A stretch of DNA of 60,273 nt, the filler included, from Sphacelaria rigidula (lineage: Eukaryota), in the NCBI GenBank assembly GCA_964200075.2. It is 9 parts of 9 records of this genome, joined end to end, with 100 filler letters (N's around TTAATTAATTAA, not from the genome) between each part and the next. Parts side by side here need not be neighbours in the genome. Positions count along the whole stretch, not along the records: positions 1 to 6,609 come from CAXNAA020019083.1; positions 6,710 to 13,317 come from CAXNAA020019084.1; 7 more parts are not named here. One strand, written 5' to 3'. Under the pieces are notes generated by a model that was not told the DNA's origin, ran no database searches, and saw only the letters and a program-made list of their open reading frames with translations. Shown here piece after piece: positions 1-12,606 of this stretch (its first letter is position 1; each line of letters starts with the position of its first letter). A program made the translations under genes and the position numbers.

Positions 1-474
1 TGCTTGTGGTGGTCGGGCGCGCAATTGTGCATTTCCTTTTTTTTTGTTCGTTTTTTTCTGGTGGACACGTCTCACATTTTTTTTTTTTTTTCCATTCGGA
101 ACATTCAATACTTTTTTCGATGTGAGGTGTTTTTGTTTTTTCTTCATTCAAGTTGGACAGCCCATTTGTTTCATGATACGGGAGCGACCTTTCTCAGAGT
201 GTGTACCGCTCCCTGGAACACTCGGATAGGAGTGATCTTGGTTTGTTACTGACGCGGCGGCAATCCCCGTGGGGTGGTTATCTCTCGCAAGTCATCACAG
301 TTTCCCTTCTTTGACCTCTGCTCATTCACACCTCACTGGCGTGCCGTGTATATTTAATGTTCCTGCCCTGTCCTTGTGGTTTTTCGCGCAGCAGTGCGAC
401 ATTTATTCGTTTTTGGAATGTGTTTTCTTTGCCCCTCACCCCCCCTGGTGAAACACCCAGGAGGCAGTGTATAA

Positions 475-760
475 CCGTGGCTGTCCCTGGAAGTGGCGAT
501 ACCAGGAAATAAAGCAACTCATTGTAGACTGTCATCCAAATGCAAGATAATCAGTACGCCTCGGGCCGGACAATCTTAGCAGGATGCAGCTCACCCTTCA
601 TGCGGGTTGCCGAACACATTACGGCGCTTCGCGCTTGGTGATTGACCACTAGCCTGGTCCTGCGGAAACCCGGTGTGCTCCGTCCCGGCTTTGTAGGGAT
701 GCGAGGTCAATGGTCTTCTGACTATGGCGTGCATGATCATGAGTACATCCCCCACCCCCC
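475..760. repeat. Interspersed repeat family B (partial copy, inverted relative to the copies at 27786-28334 and 29046-29607)
   Basis: ATCCAAATGCAAGATAA...GGATGCAGCTCACCCTTCATGCG...CATGATCATGAGTACATCCCCC matches the reverse complement of the two copies in the RPB8 intron. Confidence 0.85.
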
Positions 761-2479
761 GTGCGCGAGCAGAGTTGTGCTGCCTTCTATGATTTTCTTC
801 CGTATTTGACGTACCTCGAACGCTCCCTCCTCTCTTTCCCGCCTCCACCTTCATCCGGTGAGAGCCTGCAGTCCACGCCTTGAACGCATGTCTTGTCCTG
901 TACTATCAAAATTCCCGCCGCACATAGGCTCAAAAATATCTCATCATAATCTTATTTTCCAACACCCCTTCCCCGACCACAGAAAGCAGGAAGAACGACT
1001 TTTTGCCACTTTCTGTAGGGGCTTGAACACACGACACTCGCCCTTATAAACAAGAAGTGTTGATGTCTCACACTGTGATGGTAATGCTGATGAAGGCGGT
1101 TTGACTGCCGACCCGCGATAACCGCTATGTGTCATGTTGTATTGATCACCGAGGTGTTCCGGTGTTATGGTCGATATCTGTATATTTGCTTTTGCTTAGC
1201 CGGTCTTCATGTTGTACAATTTGTGGAGGTCACGTGATTTGTTTTGCTGCAATCGCAGCTGGTCGTTAGCCAATGCTCGTTTCTTGTGTTATGTCAACAG
1301 ACGGAACGTACGGTCTTGCGCTGCGGTGTAGAACGGTGAAAGCTCGCGCGCGCATTTTGTTTTTCCAGGTCAGGAGCAATGTTACGGTAGGGGTTGCACT
1401 TTTTTTCAGAGAAAAGGTTTATCGCAGCTGCCGGGGGTGTTGGATGGGTCATTTTGATAGTCGGCATCGTTTTTACTTGGAAGATACTGAAATTGATTCC
1501 GATTCAGGAAAAGGCCCCTCCGTGCAAACACCATATTTCTGGGAATCCGGTCCCTGGAGATTTATGTTGTACAGTGAGACCCATATATTTGGGCTCCTAC
1601 AAAAAGAGACCCAGAAACAAAAAGTGCGACCCTTACCGAGACAGTTCTCTTAGAGCGAATCATGTTGTCACTCTTGCAAGCCTTGCTTGATCAACTGGAG
1701 GATGACGAAGACAAACGGGCCAGTCACACCCTCGTGGTGCACAGTTACTCATTTGTTACACAGCCGTATGTGCGTGTATTGATGCTATGAGCTGGGCCAG
1801 CCAGGAATTCCTGTCGATGGTTGACCAGTTTTGTGCTGCTTCATTTCGGGAGTTAGGAGCTGGAATGTTTATCACGAGAGGTATATACATATATATCATG
1901 AATACGCGGAAATTAGCGAAATGGCCAAGAAAAAAAAACAGGTAGGAACTTGGTTGAAACATTTCCAAAAAAAAACTGGAACAGAAAAAAATTATCAGAG
2001 CTGGATGGGGGGGATAGAAAAAACTCTGGTTATTTCAGTGAAGAATTTTTAATTGCGTGTAGAACGTCTTCACAAACGTTCGGCCCCCAAACTCCTGGAA
2101 TCGCGGAACGCGTTCCACTTTTTGTGTGACCTCGCTTCACCCGGCTGTCTGACTGGTGTAAGAGACTCCCACAAGGGCGGAACGAGTTCAAGATCCCGAC
2201 ATGTATTTTTTTTTTCCATAATGCGGATCAATCGTTGTGGTTGTATCTTGCATTGCATTTTTTTGTCAGAGGCATAGCGTACCTTTAGTAGTATGTTGGT
2301 CTGCAGTTCACAGCCGTATACTCCACATCGAGCTGGTTCGAGATATCCAAAGACGTACACACTCTGGACCATGGACACATTAATAGTCCATTGCTTCAGC
2401 AATAGACAGGGGAAAATATATCAATATATATTATCGAACACGATAGATGGTGAAACACATGTATTGATATGTATTGCAA

Positions 2480-4070
2480 GAGACAAAATATGTTGCGATA
2501 GTCCATCGATAGCCTACGGCAATTACACTAGATTAAGATCACTCGTCATTGATGGACATCGTGTACCGCAATAGATTCTGGGATGTGTGTTTCGATAGCC
2601 ATCGCCGCAATCAAAAGGTCTGGTGAGCCATCCATCGATAGTCATTGCCGTCAAAAGATTAGGTGAGCCATCTATCAAAACCTTTTACCGTCATCAATAG
2701 ATTTGGTGAGCCGTTTATCGGTAGCCTCTGCCGCCAGCAATGCACTCTTTGGTATACATCAATATGGGCATTGCCGTCAGCAATCGATTGTTCTCGGGAG
2801 CACCTATCGATAGCCAGTGACGCCAACGATAGGTTTTGAAGAATGGATTACTCACTGCAGCGGTCTTATCATTTCAACGGCAATACCCCTTACACATTAC
2901 GACGCAACGACCTGATGCGATAGCTAGCCATGGCTTCTTTCGAATAAGGTAGACATGAACATCGAAATATGTGCATACATTGCGCTAGTGATCGACGCCA
3001 CTCAGCTACTTTCGTGGTCAGGAATAGATATTAGTGGCCGCGATTCCGATTCTTTTGTGACCCTCAGTAGACATTGGTGGGCGCAATTTAAATCCTATTG
3101 TGACCAACAATATGTATTGGTGGCCGCGTGGCAGATCCTTTTGTGATTAGCAATAGACATTGGTGGCCGCGATTAAGAGCCTATTGCAAAAAATAAAATG
3201 TATCGATCGACAAGTTGGCCCCTTTATTTCTCACGGCAATGGTACATTCCGTCCCCTGTCTCGAATATCTTGTCGCCTACAATAGCTATAGACAGACATT
3301 GATGCCAATCGATTATGACAGGCAAAGAACATAGACAGTCAACTTTTCGGGGCTATTGCAGCGCCAATGTTCTAGTACATAGTCTTTTCTCCAGGGTATG
3401 AGCACATCTCACCCACACACAAAAGTACTGTAAGCGCCCACGTCCATCAGGGCGACAATCATAAGTACCAACACCACACCAACAACAAAACTTGTAAACT
3501 TTTGTCCACACATATTGCGGATTCCTACAAAATACAAGCGTTGCAAAATTGTGGAAACGTGATGTCATATATTCACAAGGAGTATCATTATATACCCACT
3601 GCATGTCCGTCTTCGACTTCTCTACTGTACCTGAACGGAGTATAATATGCTCTATACGTAGTATGTTGCGATGTAGGTGTGGCAATAGACGACATAGAAT
3701 ATCTATCGGTAGGCACTGTACACCACAGTAGATTCGGAATCGATATTCATTGCCGCCATGCATAGATTTACACGCGATCCATCAATAGCTATTGCCGTCA
3801 TCAATAGTTTTGGTATGCAATCTGTCACAAGCCATCGTCATCAATAGATTTGGCACGCGGACTATCGATAGCCATTGCCTTCATCAATAGATTTGGAAAA
3901 CCATCGATCGATACATTTGGTCGGCCGAAATAGATTCCGGTTTAGGGCCACAGCAGATTGCTGTCCAGACAAGAGTGTGGGAAACTGGTCTATCGATAGA
4001 CATTGCCGACGAGAATAGAAGCAGAAACTTGTCGATCAATGACCATTACGGACGACAAAATTGGCATCTA
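2480..4070 (+). repeat. Degenerate ~43-bp minisatellite arrays (about 2480-2840, 3023-3195 and 3700-4070)
   Basis: Units like GGTGAGCCATCTATCGATAGCCATTGCCGTCATCAATAGATTT start at 2622, 2662 and 2705. A second variant, AATAGACATTGGTGGCCGCGATT..., starts at exactly 3023, 3066, 3109 and 3152. Confidence 0.8.
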
Positions 4071-6108
4071 CTGCAGAAGATTCTATTTCTATTGCAATAT
4101 ATCCCGTATTTTGTCCAGGATGTGAAGACGTACCGTGTGCCGAAGGATTTGGGGTTTCATCGCGGGCCCAGCAAGTAGAGCGCTGGGGGAAAAAGAGTTC
4201 CCGATTTTATTCCATTAGTGTCTCAACCTTTTTGGGACCTGGCCCCCAGAACGACCAATGAGGCTGGTTAGGAATGTGTTTGGCCTCTGTACGAAACAGT
4301 GGCTTCATGTCGCTTAAATCCGCGTGTATTACCGCAGGGTTATGGAGAAGACTGAAAGTTGCATTTAATCTATTTTCAGGTGCAGGGTGCGCATTAGGTA
4401 ATGTACATCTGATGTAGCAAGCAGTATGAGTCGCCGTAGAGAGCTTTCAACAGGATGCGGCGACCGCCAGGCCGCCCGCCACTTGTGACTTTGGATGATA
4501 TTATTGCCTCCATCACCTTGCCACACAGCCCTTTGTGGTCGGGGTGAGCTTCCATTTCCCTCTTTATTGCAAGCGGCGAATTCTCTTCGAAGGGTATGAG
4601 CGTTGCGGCACGCATACATACTGTACAGTACAGTGCAGTGCGCCTCTACGACTGCAGCAGCAGCTGCCGCTGCATACTCCTTTGCACGTTATGGGCAGTT
4701 CTCAGCTACCGAGATCAACCGCTTCTTCATCCCCGCCCATCACATACATGTTAACTGCACACTGCAAGTCATCGGCAAAGGGATAGGCAGAATTCATGAC
4801 GATCGCTCCTTTCGTCTTTCCACGGCCCAGCTGGGTTTAGTGCCTCGTGAAAATGACCACATGGTAGCATGTACACTCCTTCCCGGTTTTTCCCACTCCA
4901 CCCTGTGTCAGTGTAATAACTACGTTTTAGCATAGAATTATGACTAAAGAAAATCCCGGAAAACCCGGGAGCGCTATACTGAATGCAAATGATACCATAA
5001 ACCAAGCTGCGACCATCCTGGCTTTGGAAACCTGGGAAGGCGTATCTGGGCCAGGGATAGGGCCCCCACACGATTTTCACAGTGACATCACACTCAGCAA
5101 CAGTCCCCACGCTGGTCGTTCGGGTCTAGTCGCTGAATTTCGCCTCGCCGTGATCGGGCAGGTCGCTCCCTGACTCATTTTTGATTATTTCACTAACACA
5201 GTGTCAACCCAGTGTTCGTGGAGGGTCGGTCCCGAAAGGCTTAAGTCACATGATCTAGCTGAAGTCGCACTCCAATTTCCGGACTTGAGTACACCTTTTC
5301 TTCTCTTGTCGTTTCCTTGAAAGAAAGAGGAAACTTTACCCAACAATTGACCCCGTGAACGACTTCGTGTGCCGGATATCAGGAGACTCGGCTAGATAAT
5401 CGTGTGGCGGGTCATTTGGGGTTGGGGTCTCGAGCGTTCGGAAAGCTTTGCTCAAGGGCAGTGTGGGAGTTGAACCCACCAAACCCCCCCTGTGAACTTG
5501 GTGCAGTACACGCGCTCGCCCTACTCTCATGAGCTTCCGGCCCTGGTATACCTCTTTTTGTGCATCAACGCCTCCTATAATGTAAATTCAGTGAGGACCC
5601 GCGTTTCAGTGTGGTACGGTGAAATAAAAAATGTTAAACGCATTAAACTGGGACCACGATGTTCTCCGCCGTATAAAGGGACCCCGCCTTTGAAAGGGCC
5701 GCCGAAAGGCGGGGACACCACTTTCTCCCCTTTTCCCCAAGTTTTCATAAACATCTGGGTACGGCCACTATTTTGGAAGAATAGAAATTAAAGTTACGGG
5801 TGGCGTGGTGTACCATACAGATATGCCGTGGATCCCAGGACGTACAGCTCGCATCGAAACTCAATGCTCGTGTCACGGCAGTTCTCTACTATTATAGTAA
5901 GCTCCCTATTTGATAGTAACGGCGCGTTTTCTGCAAGAATTGGGTCAGAAACAAAACCACCGACCCTTTCATCTGATAAAAGGAACGCAAGGGCAGGTCG
6001 GGTTAGAGTATTCTCTATGTTGTTTGGTATTTTGAAAATTGGAGATCAGACCCGTGTCCAACACAGCAGCCAGCCCAGTGCTGTTACTCTTCTCTATTGG
6101 TGAATGTT

Positions 6109-6520
6109 GCCGCGCCCCGGTGGTGAAATGGTCCGACTGTCGCCATCAGGGTGGAGTCATCCAGGGTTCGGTTCCCGATGCGATGGGGTTTTTCGTCGTA
6201 ATATATGATTTCCACCGTCGGAAGCGTTGGGACGTGTGTAAACAAAGGAGTCGACTGTGTTTGTTTGACGTGAGTTGACGCGGTGCGGGAGTGGTGATAG
6301 TCATGATCCAATCCGCGAGACCAAAATGCAAGGCGTGTACCGGGGAGAGATTGGATGATCCCTTGAGACCACGGACTCATCCCAAGGTAGGGGAGGGGTT
6401 CAAAGGGCGACAAATAAACATGAAATGAAAATGAAAATGAAAGTGAAAATCAAATTAAATTAAAAAAATACACATAAACATAGACATGAACATAAACATA
6501 AACATCAACATGAACATAAC
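6109..6520 (+). mobile_element. tRNA-derived SINE with (TGAAAA)n/(AAACAT)n tail
   Basis: Pol III A-box TGGTGAAATGG (6121-6131) and B-box-like GGTTCGGTTCC (6165-6175). The 3' body is shared with the element at 36795-37108. Simple-repeat tail at 6420-6520. Confidence 0.7.
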
Positions 6521-6801
6521 ACGGTTAGGACAAATCATCACGACTCAAAATCACGAATTTCACGATTTCTTCGGCCTGATTGGCCAAAGGGAGGAAAAAG
6601 TTGATCGCTNNNNNNNNNNNNNNNNNNNNNNNNNNNNNNNNNNNNNNNNNNNNTTAATTAATTAANNNNNNNNNNNNNNNNNNNNNNNNNNNNNNNNNNN
6701 NNNNNNNNNCTACCAACTAGACTACTGACAAGTCAGCGCTGACTGCTCAGTAGTCTAGTCGGTAGTCTCTTAAACCGTCACAACACCAAGATGGTTGAAT
6801 C

Positions 6802-7043
6802 TGTAATGCGTGAGAGGATCGCGTGCTTAGAGGACCGCATCGGAGTTTGAACATCCGTATGGTTAGGGTTAGGGTTAGGGTTAGGGTTAGCGCTGGGGTT
6901 AGGGTTAGTGTTAGTGTTGGGGTTAGGGTCGAGGGCGTGGTCCCTTGCAGGGACTGGCCCGATTCGTTTGAAAAAACGTCGATCCTGAGGTGTTTCGGAC
7001 AATGATGCGGTCCCCCAAGCACGCGGTCCTCTCACGCATTACA
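6802..7043. mobile_element. Non-autonomous TIR element (TGTAA...TTACA, 40-bp TIRs, 5-bp TSD GAATC) carrying an internal TTAGGG-type tract
   Basis: TGTAATGCGTGAGAGGATCGCGTGCTTAGAGGACCGCATC (6802-6841) is inverted at 7004-7043 with 3 mismatches. GAATC lies at both 6797-6801 and 7044-7048. (GGTTAG)n at about 6861-6930. Confidence 0.85.
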
Positions 7044-7619
7044 GAATCGTCCGAAACGGCCGCAACTCCCTGAAAGCTCGTGATCTGACGGGAATCTTGG
7101 CGCCATCAGATTGGAAATCGGTAACACCTTCCACTAGATACGGTCGAAAAGCTGCATTTTTTTTTCTTTCCTATGGACACACTTTCCCTAATGACTCTGT
7201 GCTGACCACGTCGATTTTGAAGCTTCTTGCACCAAAATTCCCGTCAGATCACAGACTTGCGGGGGGTGACAGCCGTCTCGGACGATTCGATCGTCTTGAT
7301 GTAAATTTCGAAAAGTCCTTTCGTTTGTTCCGAAAAAAATCGTTCGTAATATCAAGAACATGAATGTTGTTTAATACTAATACTTTAGGGGAGCTTAAAA
7401 CAGCGAGAAAATTTGCGTCACCCGGAGTTGGGGTAAACAAAATCTGATTCTGTCGAGGGTTACAGTTCGGTAGCATGACTCGTTAAAGAACCTTCTCGGG
7501 ATGCTAGTACTTGTTTTTGAGTGCCAACACCCGAGCACCAATATTCGGATCTCTAGTGAGGCTGACAGTCCCAAGTAAGCGCTCCTAGCGTGCGCAGAGC
7601 GCGTTTTTTTCCAGAATCG

Positions 7620-7725
7620 GTGACAATCTACGGTCTGCCGACGCACGCTTTGCCCAGAGCAATCCCTGCACCCCCCTTGCCCGAGGGTTCTCGGCATGTC
7701 TTAGGTCGAGGTTAGTATTAGCCGT
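7620..7725. repeat. Interspersed repeat shared in inverse orientation with 44985-45100
   Basis: CCGAGAACCCTCGGGC(G/A)AGGGGGGTGCAG... core in both copies. Each is adjacent to degenerate CCCTAA-like hexamers. Confidence 0.7.
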
Positions 7726-9094
7726 AGCGATTTTATATGTCAAAGCCATAAATTCCGAGAGCGCTCTTCACGGAGTCATTCTATGGACCTATAGATCGAG
7801 CGAATGCTGAGACCCGTTCGCCTAAAGCGATCTTACGCCGAAAGAAAAAAAAATCGAAAATAGGAAGATGTCGGCATACAAGAATTATACTTGAACATTT
7901 CAGGTGGAACCAGCCGCAAAGTAGACGTACTTCACACGACTGTGGAGCTCCCCACGAAGGACTGCCGGTCCGACACGCGACACCACGGGGAAGCTGTGAA
8001 GAAAGCGGGAGCGTCGGTGCTGGTTTCTGGCTGGAAATGTGACGTTTAAGTGAAAAATTACCGCGTTGGGTGTTGAGAATAGTGTTGCTGTGTACTCGTG
8101 TGCTGCGGGCACGATGACATGTCGATGTGTGGCGATGACGCCGATTCAGGTCTGCAGCACGGATACGGTGTTGCCCATCATGTGTAGTAGATTCCATGGG
8201 GAAAAAGACTGCGTCAAATGGTTTGGTGCGTAAGAAGCACGACACGATGATCCGCAGGCATCCCTGGTGGTGAAGTTGGACGATGTGAAGTTTATCAATT
8301 GCACCAGTTTCTTCATAAATTCCTATAGAAACATTGTCCTGCACCACTCCACGCTTCAGTACTTACTGTACTACATTTAGTGTATACAGTACTTACTTGG
8401 TTGTACTGTATTTACCGTATAATATACTTTCTATGAGTGCCAGTATACACAAAAGGGTCAGGTAGCGTGCTATTGGCTACAATGCTGTACACTGCACTGG
8501 ACATGGACACCTTCATGGCACGTTGGTTGACCCACACGGACGGTGACCACGCACGCCAACATCGTTACCTTCGGGCTGCAAGACGCGTTGCACCGCAATC
8601 CGCCGACTGCTGCCGAGATAGCCCCCCCCCCCAAACCGGCCAAAAATGTGCCCGGAGGCGATGATCATAAATGCCGTTAGAGCTGGTTTCGTGTTCCACG
8701 ACGCGACGTATTTGGGCGTTATAGCTGATTTTGGACTGCTACAAGCCTTTCATGTGGGCGGCATTGCTGCAAATGAGCCCAATAGTGGGATCGCAGCCGG
8801 TTTGTCGGACGGTCTCCCGTGCACTTTTTGTGGGGGGGCTATCTCGGCATTAGCCCGCCCGTGCTATTTGCAGCGCCCGTGCCGTGCGGTCTGCAGAGGT
8901 GTACCATGATTGCTGCTTGCTGTAATGTTCGACTGTCGAAAAACGTGTATGCAGCGGGCGACGCAACCACTGGTGCCCTGGCGCTAGTGCACAACGGTTA
9001 GTTAGGCAGCTGATATATGAAGCCTGTGTCTTTATGTCGGCTATGGTCGTGACGGAAACGCAGTCTCAAGGGGTGGGGTATTATCTCAGTGTGT

Positions 9095-9166
9095 CCCCAC
9101 GTCCATCTTGATAACAGCCGATTCTAGAGACCCCACGTCCATCTTGATAACAGCCGATTCTAGAGA
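9095..9166 (+). repeat. Perfect 36-bp tandem duplication
   Basis: CCCCACGTCCATCTTGATAACAGCCGATTCTAGAGA twice, with no spacer. Confidence 0.95.
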
Positions 9167-9175
9167 TGATGTTGG

Positions 9176-9636
9176 CCGCAAAAATGAGGCTCTAGCCCCA
9201 AAATAGTGTTTTCCCGACACCTTACAGTGACTTGTTATATTAGCATCATGGTCTTCAATCGCGTAGATGCTTCTTCAGAGCGCTTGACCGACTCTGTGAG
9301 CTTCCACCGCTGGGCAAAAACCTCGCCCACCCCTGCTACCCCCCCCCCCCCTTTTTGAAGAAACGTAATGAGCGCCAGAACGTTGGAGGTGTCTCTATTA
9401 GGAGTAGGAACGGTGCTCCGTCTCGAAAGGGATGCGTGGTCAATGGTCTAACGACTAAGGCAAGCAACAAATGAGTACAACGAGAGAAATGAGAGTTTCG
9501 CTCAACGGTGGAAGCTCACAGAGTCGGTAAACGCTCCGAACAAGTGTATACGCAATTGAGGAGCATTATGCCAGTCTGAAAAGTCACTGTAAGCGTGGGG
9601 AAAGCACTGTATCGAAGTTGAAATTCGCGTTTGCGG
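9176..9636. repeat. Diverged inverted repeat (arms about 9176-9324 and 9493-9636), old foldback/MITE
   Basis: CTTACAGTGACTT...ACCGACTCTGTGAGCTTCCACCG in the left arm is reverse-complementary to CGGTGGAAGCTCACAGAGTCGGT...AAGTCACTGTAAG in the right arm. Confidence 0.8.
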
Positions 9637-10689
9637 AAACCTCGTTGTATCGAGTTGTCTGTTAATGTTCAATAGGGTTGCCCCTCCCCGCGTGGAGCAC
9701 GCCTGTGTCCAACGATGGTTTAGGCCCTATATTATCTTCATGCTGTTATTCTCAGGCGCAAACATGTCGCCTCCATTATTCCCCTATGAATGACTGAGTT
9801 TCTGTGTCGTGCCTGTGGGGGTTATGGCGGGTATAATACATGCCAAATGTCCACGTATGTAAGCAGCTGAGCAGCAGAGACGGATCGGTACCACATGAGT
9901 GATGGTGACAGTCGCACTCGATCGCGCAACCGTGCCTGCCTTCACGACTATGCCGTTTTTCGCAGCTCTGTCACGATGAGCACGCGCCGTGGGGATCCCA
10001 GGGCGATAGACCAGCTCTCTGACGAAGGACAACCACACACATCTGGGACACCGGTGAGATATACCGAATTTGTTTATCCGACCATAACCTTACATTTTTC
10101 AGTCTCCGCCTTGTACCATGCTCTCCGCCTTACGGCGGGTATTCGTAGATGCTACTCTTTACCACGGTAGAAGCCCGCGTGTTTCCCATTCCACGTGACA
10201 GGCGCTTGCAACGTTCGCGGCCGCGTGGGTAGATGCTGTTTCATTCTCTCTACGGTTATCTAAGGCCATATGCCCGGTGTGGGTGGTGCTCAGGGAGGAA
10301 TGGTCACATACGAGAAACGCCCCCATCCACACTTCACCGCACGCTGGACTATCTCCACGCCGTCGCCGTGACCGATCCCCATTGATCTTTTCATCGACGC
10401 CGTCATCAACACCGACAGCAGGTGGCGCCCGGAAGCCTCGTAGATATCCGGCTCGCGGCAGCGGGATATTCCGCACAAGACTCCGCAGAATGCGCAAGTA
10501 CATGTCGTGTCTGCTGACACTGTGATAGAGCCGCTCCTGGCTGAGGAATACTAATGACGTAGCTGCGCGATGCCGCGTGTATTTGTTTTAAACCCGTAAC
10601 TCGAATGCCGCGCATATCATCTCCGCCTGAACGTGATTCGTCATATGGTGCCCGTCCGCGTCAACCTATCTGAACGCGCACGCATCCAC

Positions 10690-11040
10690 CCCACGAGGAA
10701 GATCAATCGTCTTCTGTGCGGGTGCAACCCATCGGCGGCCGAGGGACACTGGTGCAAGTGCAGCTGCAAATGCGCGCAGCTGAGAAAGGATTGCCATCCC
10801 ATTATGTGTGGTTGCAAGGGGCGGTGCGATCCGGCTATTGAGGCGCAAACCGTACCGGTTAGCGAAGTGTTCGGATGAGCGATGGTGAATGATCTGGATT
10901 CCGCCAGTGACAACGGCGACGAAGCAGAGGTGACTTCGGATGAAAACTGTTAGTGTCATAGCAGCACATCATCGGAGGAGTCATGTGCTTCAGACAGAGA
11001 CACGGGCCAGGACGTAGTGGATTGGTACTTGGAAGGATGA
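10690..11040 (+). pseudogene. Decayed coding fragment with a CXC-like Cys cluster and acidic tail (possible transposase C-terminus)
   Basis: CGC-x9-C-x3-CKC-x6-C-x4-CGC-x3-C (LCGCNPSAAEGHWCKCSCKCAQLRKDCHPIMCGCKGRC), followed by D/E/S-rich sequence interrupted by in-frame stops. Confidence 0.45.
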
Positions 11041-11469
11041 ACGATGAGTGAGAGAGTGGTCAACGCACGGGTATGATACCAAGTGATTCGGCGAAGTAGA
11101 TTCGCGTCAAAAGTCATCCACCCCTGTCCTACCTCATACCCGTACATCGACCGCAATCTCGAAGAAGAATTCTTCTGTTTGGTATTATGTTAGAGAAATA
11201 GGGCTGTGGAGGAGTTGGAGTGGTTTTAGTGTTGCAATCTGGGATTTTGTTGGAGAAGGGGAGCACAAAGTGGCTGTCATAGATAGTATTTGAAGCTGTC
11301 GATGTGTAAGCAACGGGAAACCGGACCTCGTGGAATATTCTCGAGCATGCTGCATCCGATTTATGTCGATCAGTCATGCTGCGCGGCGACGCCGTCCCAT
11401 TTCCCGTACTATCGTGGTGTGTGCACCCCTCCTCCCCCCGTGCACGTCTTTTTTTTCCCAACCTCTCGT

Positions 11470-11690
11470 AACACAGCCCCGACATAGACATGCAATAGAG
11501 AAGCTGACACCCTCCTTTTTCTTGAATCTACCATAACATAGCCCAAACATAGACATGGAATTATGAAGCTAACACCCTCATTTTTCTGTAACCTACCACA
11601 ACACAGTTCGGACATGGACATGGAATAGAGAAGCTAACCCTCCTCTTTCTTCAACCTACCAAAACACAGCCTAAACATGAACGTGGACTC
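11470..11690 (+). repeat. ~64-bp minisatellite, about 3.4 copies
   Basis: AACACAGCCC..ACATAGACATGGAATAGAGAAGCTAACACCCTC..TTTTCT..AACCTACCA repeated in tandem. Confidence 0.85.
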
Positions 11691-12606
11691 GCGACAAATA
11701 ACAGATCTATTGTCCCATATCAAGTCGGGAAACCACCGAGATTCTCCCCCCAATATCGTAACAAACGTAAAACAATAACGAAGCCAGAACCTAGACATGT
11801 AAACAACAGCGTGAAGGTTGACGCCCTTACATGCAAATCAAGAGTACAGAAGATGTAACCAGTACGGATAGGGTAGGGTCATCACCCCCTCCGTGTCAAA
11901 TTCACATGGAGGTTGGAGTCTCATGATGAGATACCCGTAAAACCTTACAGGTTTTCATTGGGCAGTGGAAGCCTGGTCAGCCATTCCCAGAAATTGCCGA
12001 CATTTGGTGCCAAAGGCGCCCAATGAAGGGGAGGGATGGACAATGCATAACGTAAACGTCAAGACCTACTGCACTCATGAAACAAACACCTTACCGATGA
12101 CCGACCACATGAGTTACGACAAGGAGCAACAAGCGGTACGTGGACCTCTCGAGATCTTGAAGGATAGAAGTTGGTACAAAATGTGGGGGAATCGTTGGCC
12201 AAGCTTTCGGCAGCGACCCATGGTGAACCGTACACGGAGTGGAAGAATGATGGAGAGGACATCCCGATGTGAGTAAGACCTTGTGTTATGCAGGCCGTCC
12301 TTGAATCTTTTACGGTGAAAATGACCTCTCTGGAGAAAAGTAACCAGTACAGCATCGGGGCAAGAAGATAGAGGATACGATCGTGGGACGCCTGGATGGT
12401 TTACCACGAAGATCGCCTGGCACAAACTTGAGGTACTTGTGTCAAAGGGGTTGAACTTGGCTTCAGGCTACGAGCCCATGTTGGAGGCATCATTTAGTGT
12501 CGGTGAGCCAGCAGAAGAACGGACAGGAGCCAGATCCCCCACGAGTACTACGATCGGGATGTCCCAGTACGTTGAAGATATCCCTCCAATTCAATTAAAG
12601 TGAACA

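Noticed and set aside
1085..1115. Hammerhead ribozyme (CTGATGA followed by a GGCGG/CTGCC stem)
   Set aside because: The required GAAA after stem II reads GACC, and no convincing stems I and III were found.
2600..3200. CRISPR-like array
   Set aside because: Units are contiguous degenerate tandem repeats without unique spacers, there are no cas genes and the context is eukaryotic.
6861..6930. True chromosome telomere
   Set aside because: Short, degenerate, internal and enclosed by TIRs.
7781..8347. 188-aa minus-strand ORF
   Set aside because: Non-ATG start, no recognisable domain and it overlaps repeat-like sequence.
9095..9166. 36-bp repeat as a CRISPR direct repeat
   Set aside because: Two abutting copies with no spacer, so a simple tandem duplication.
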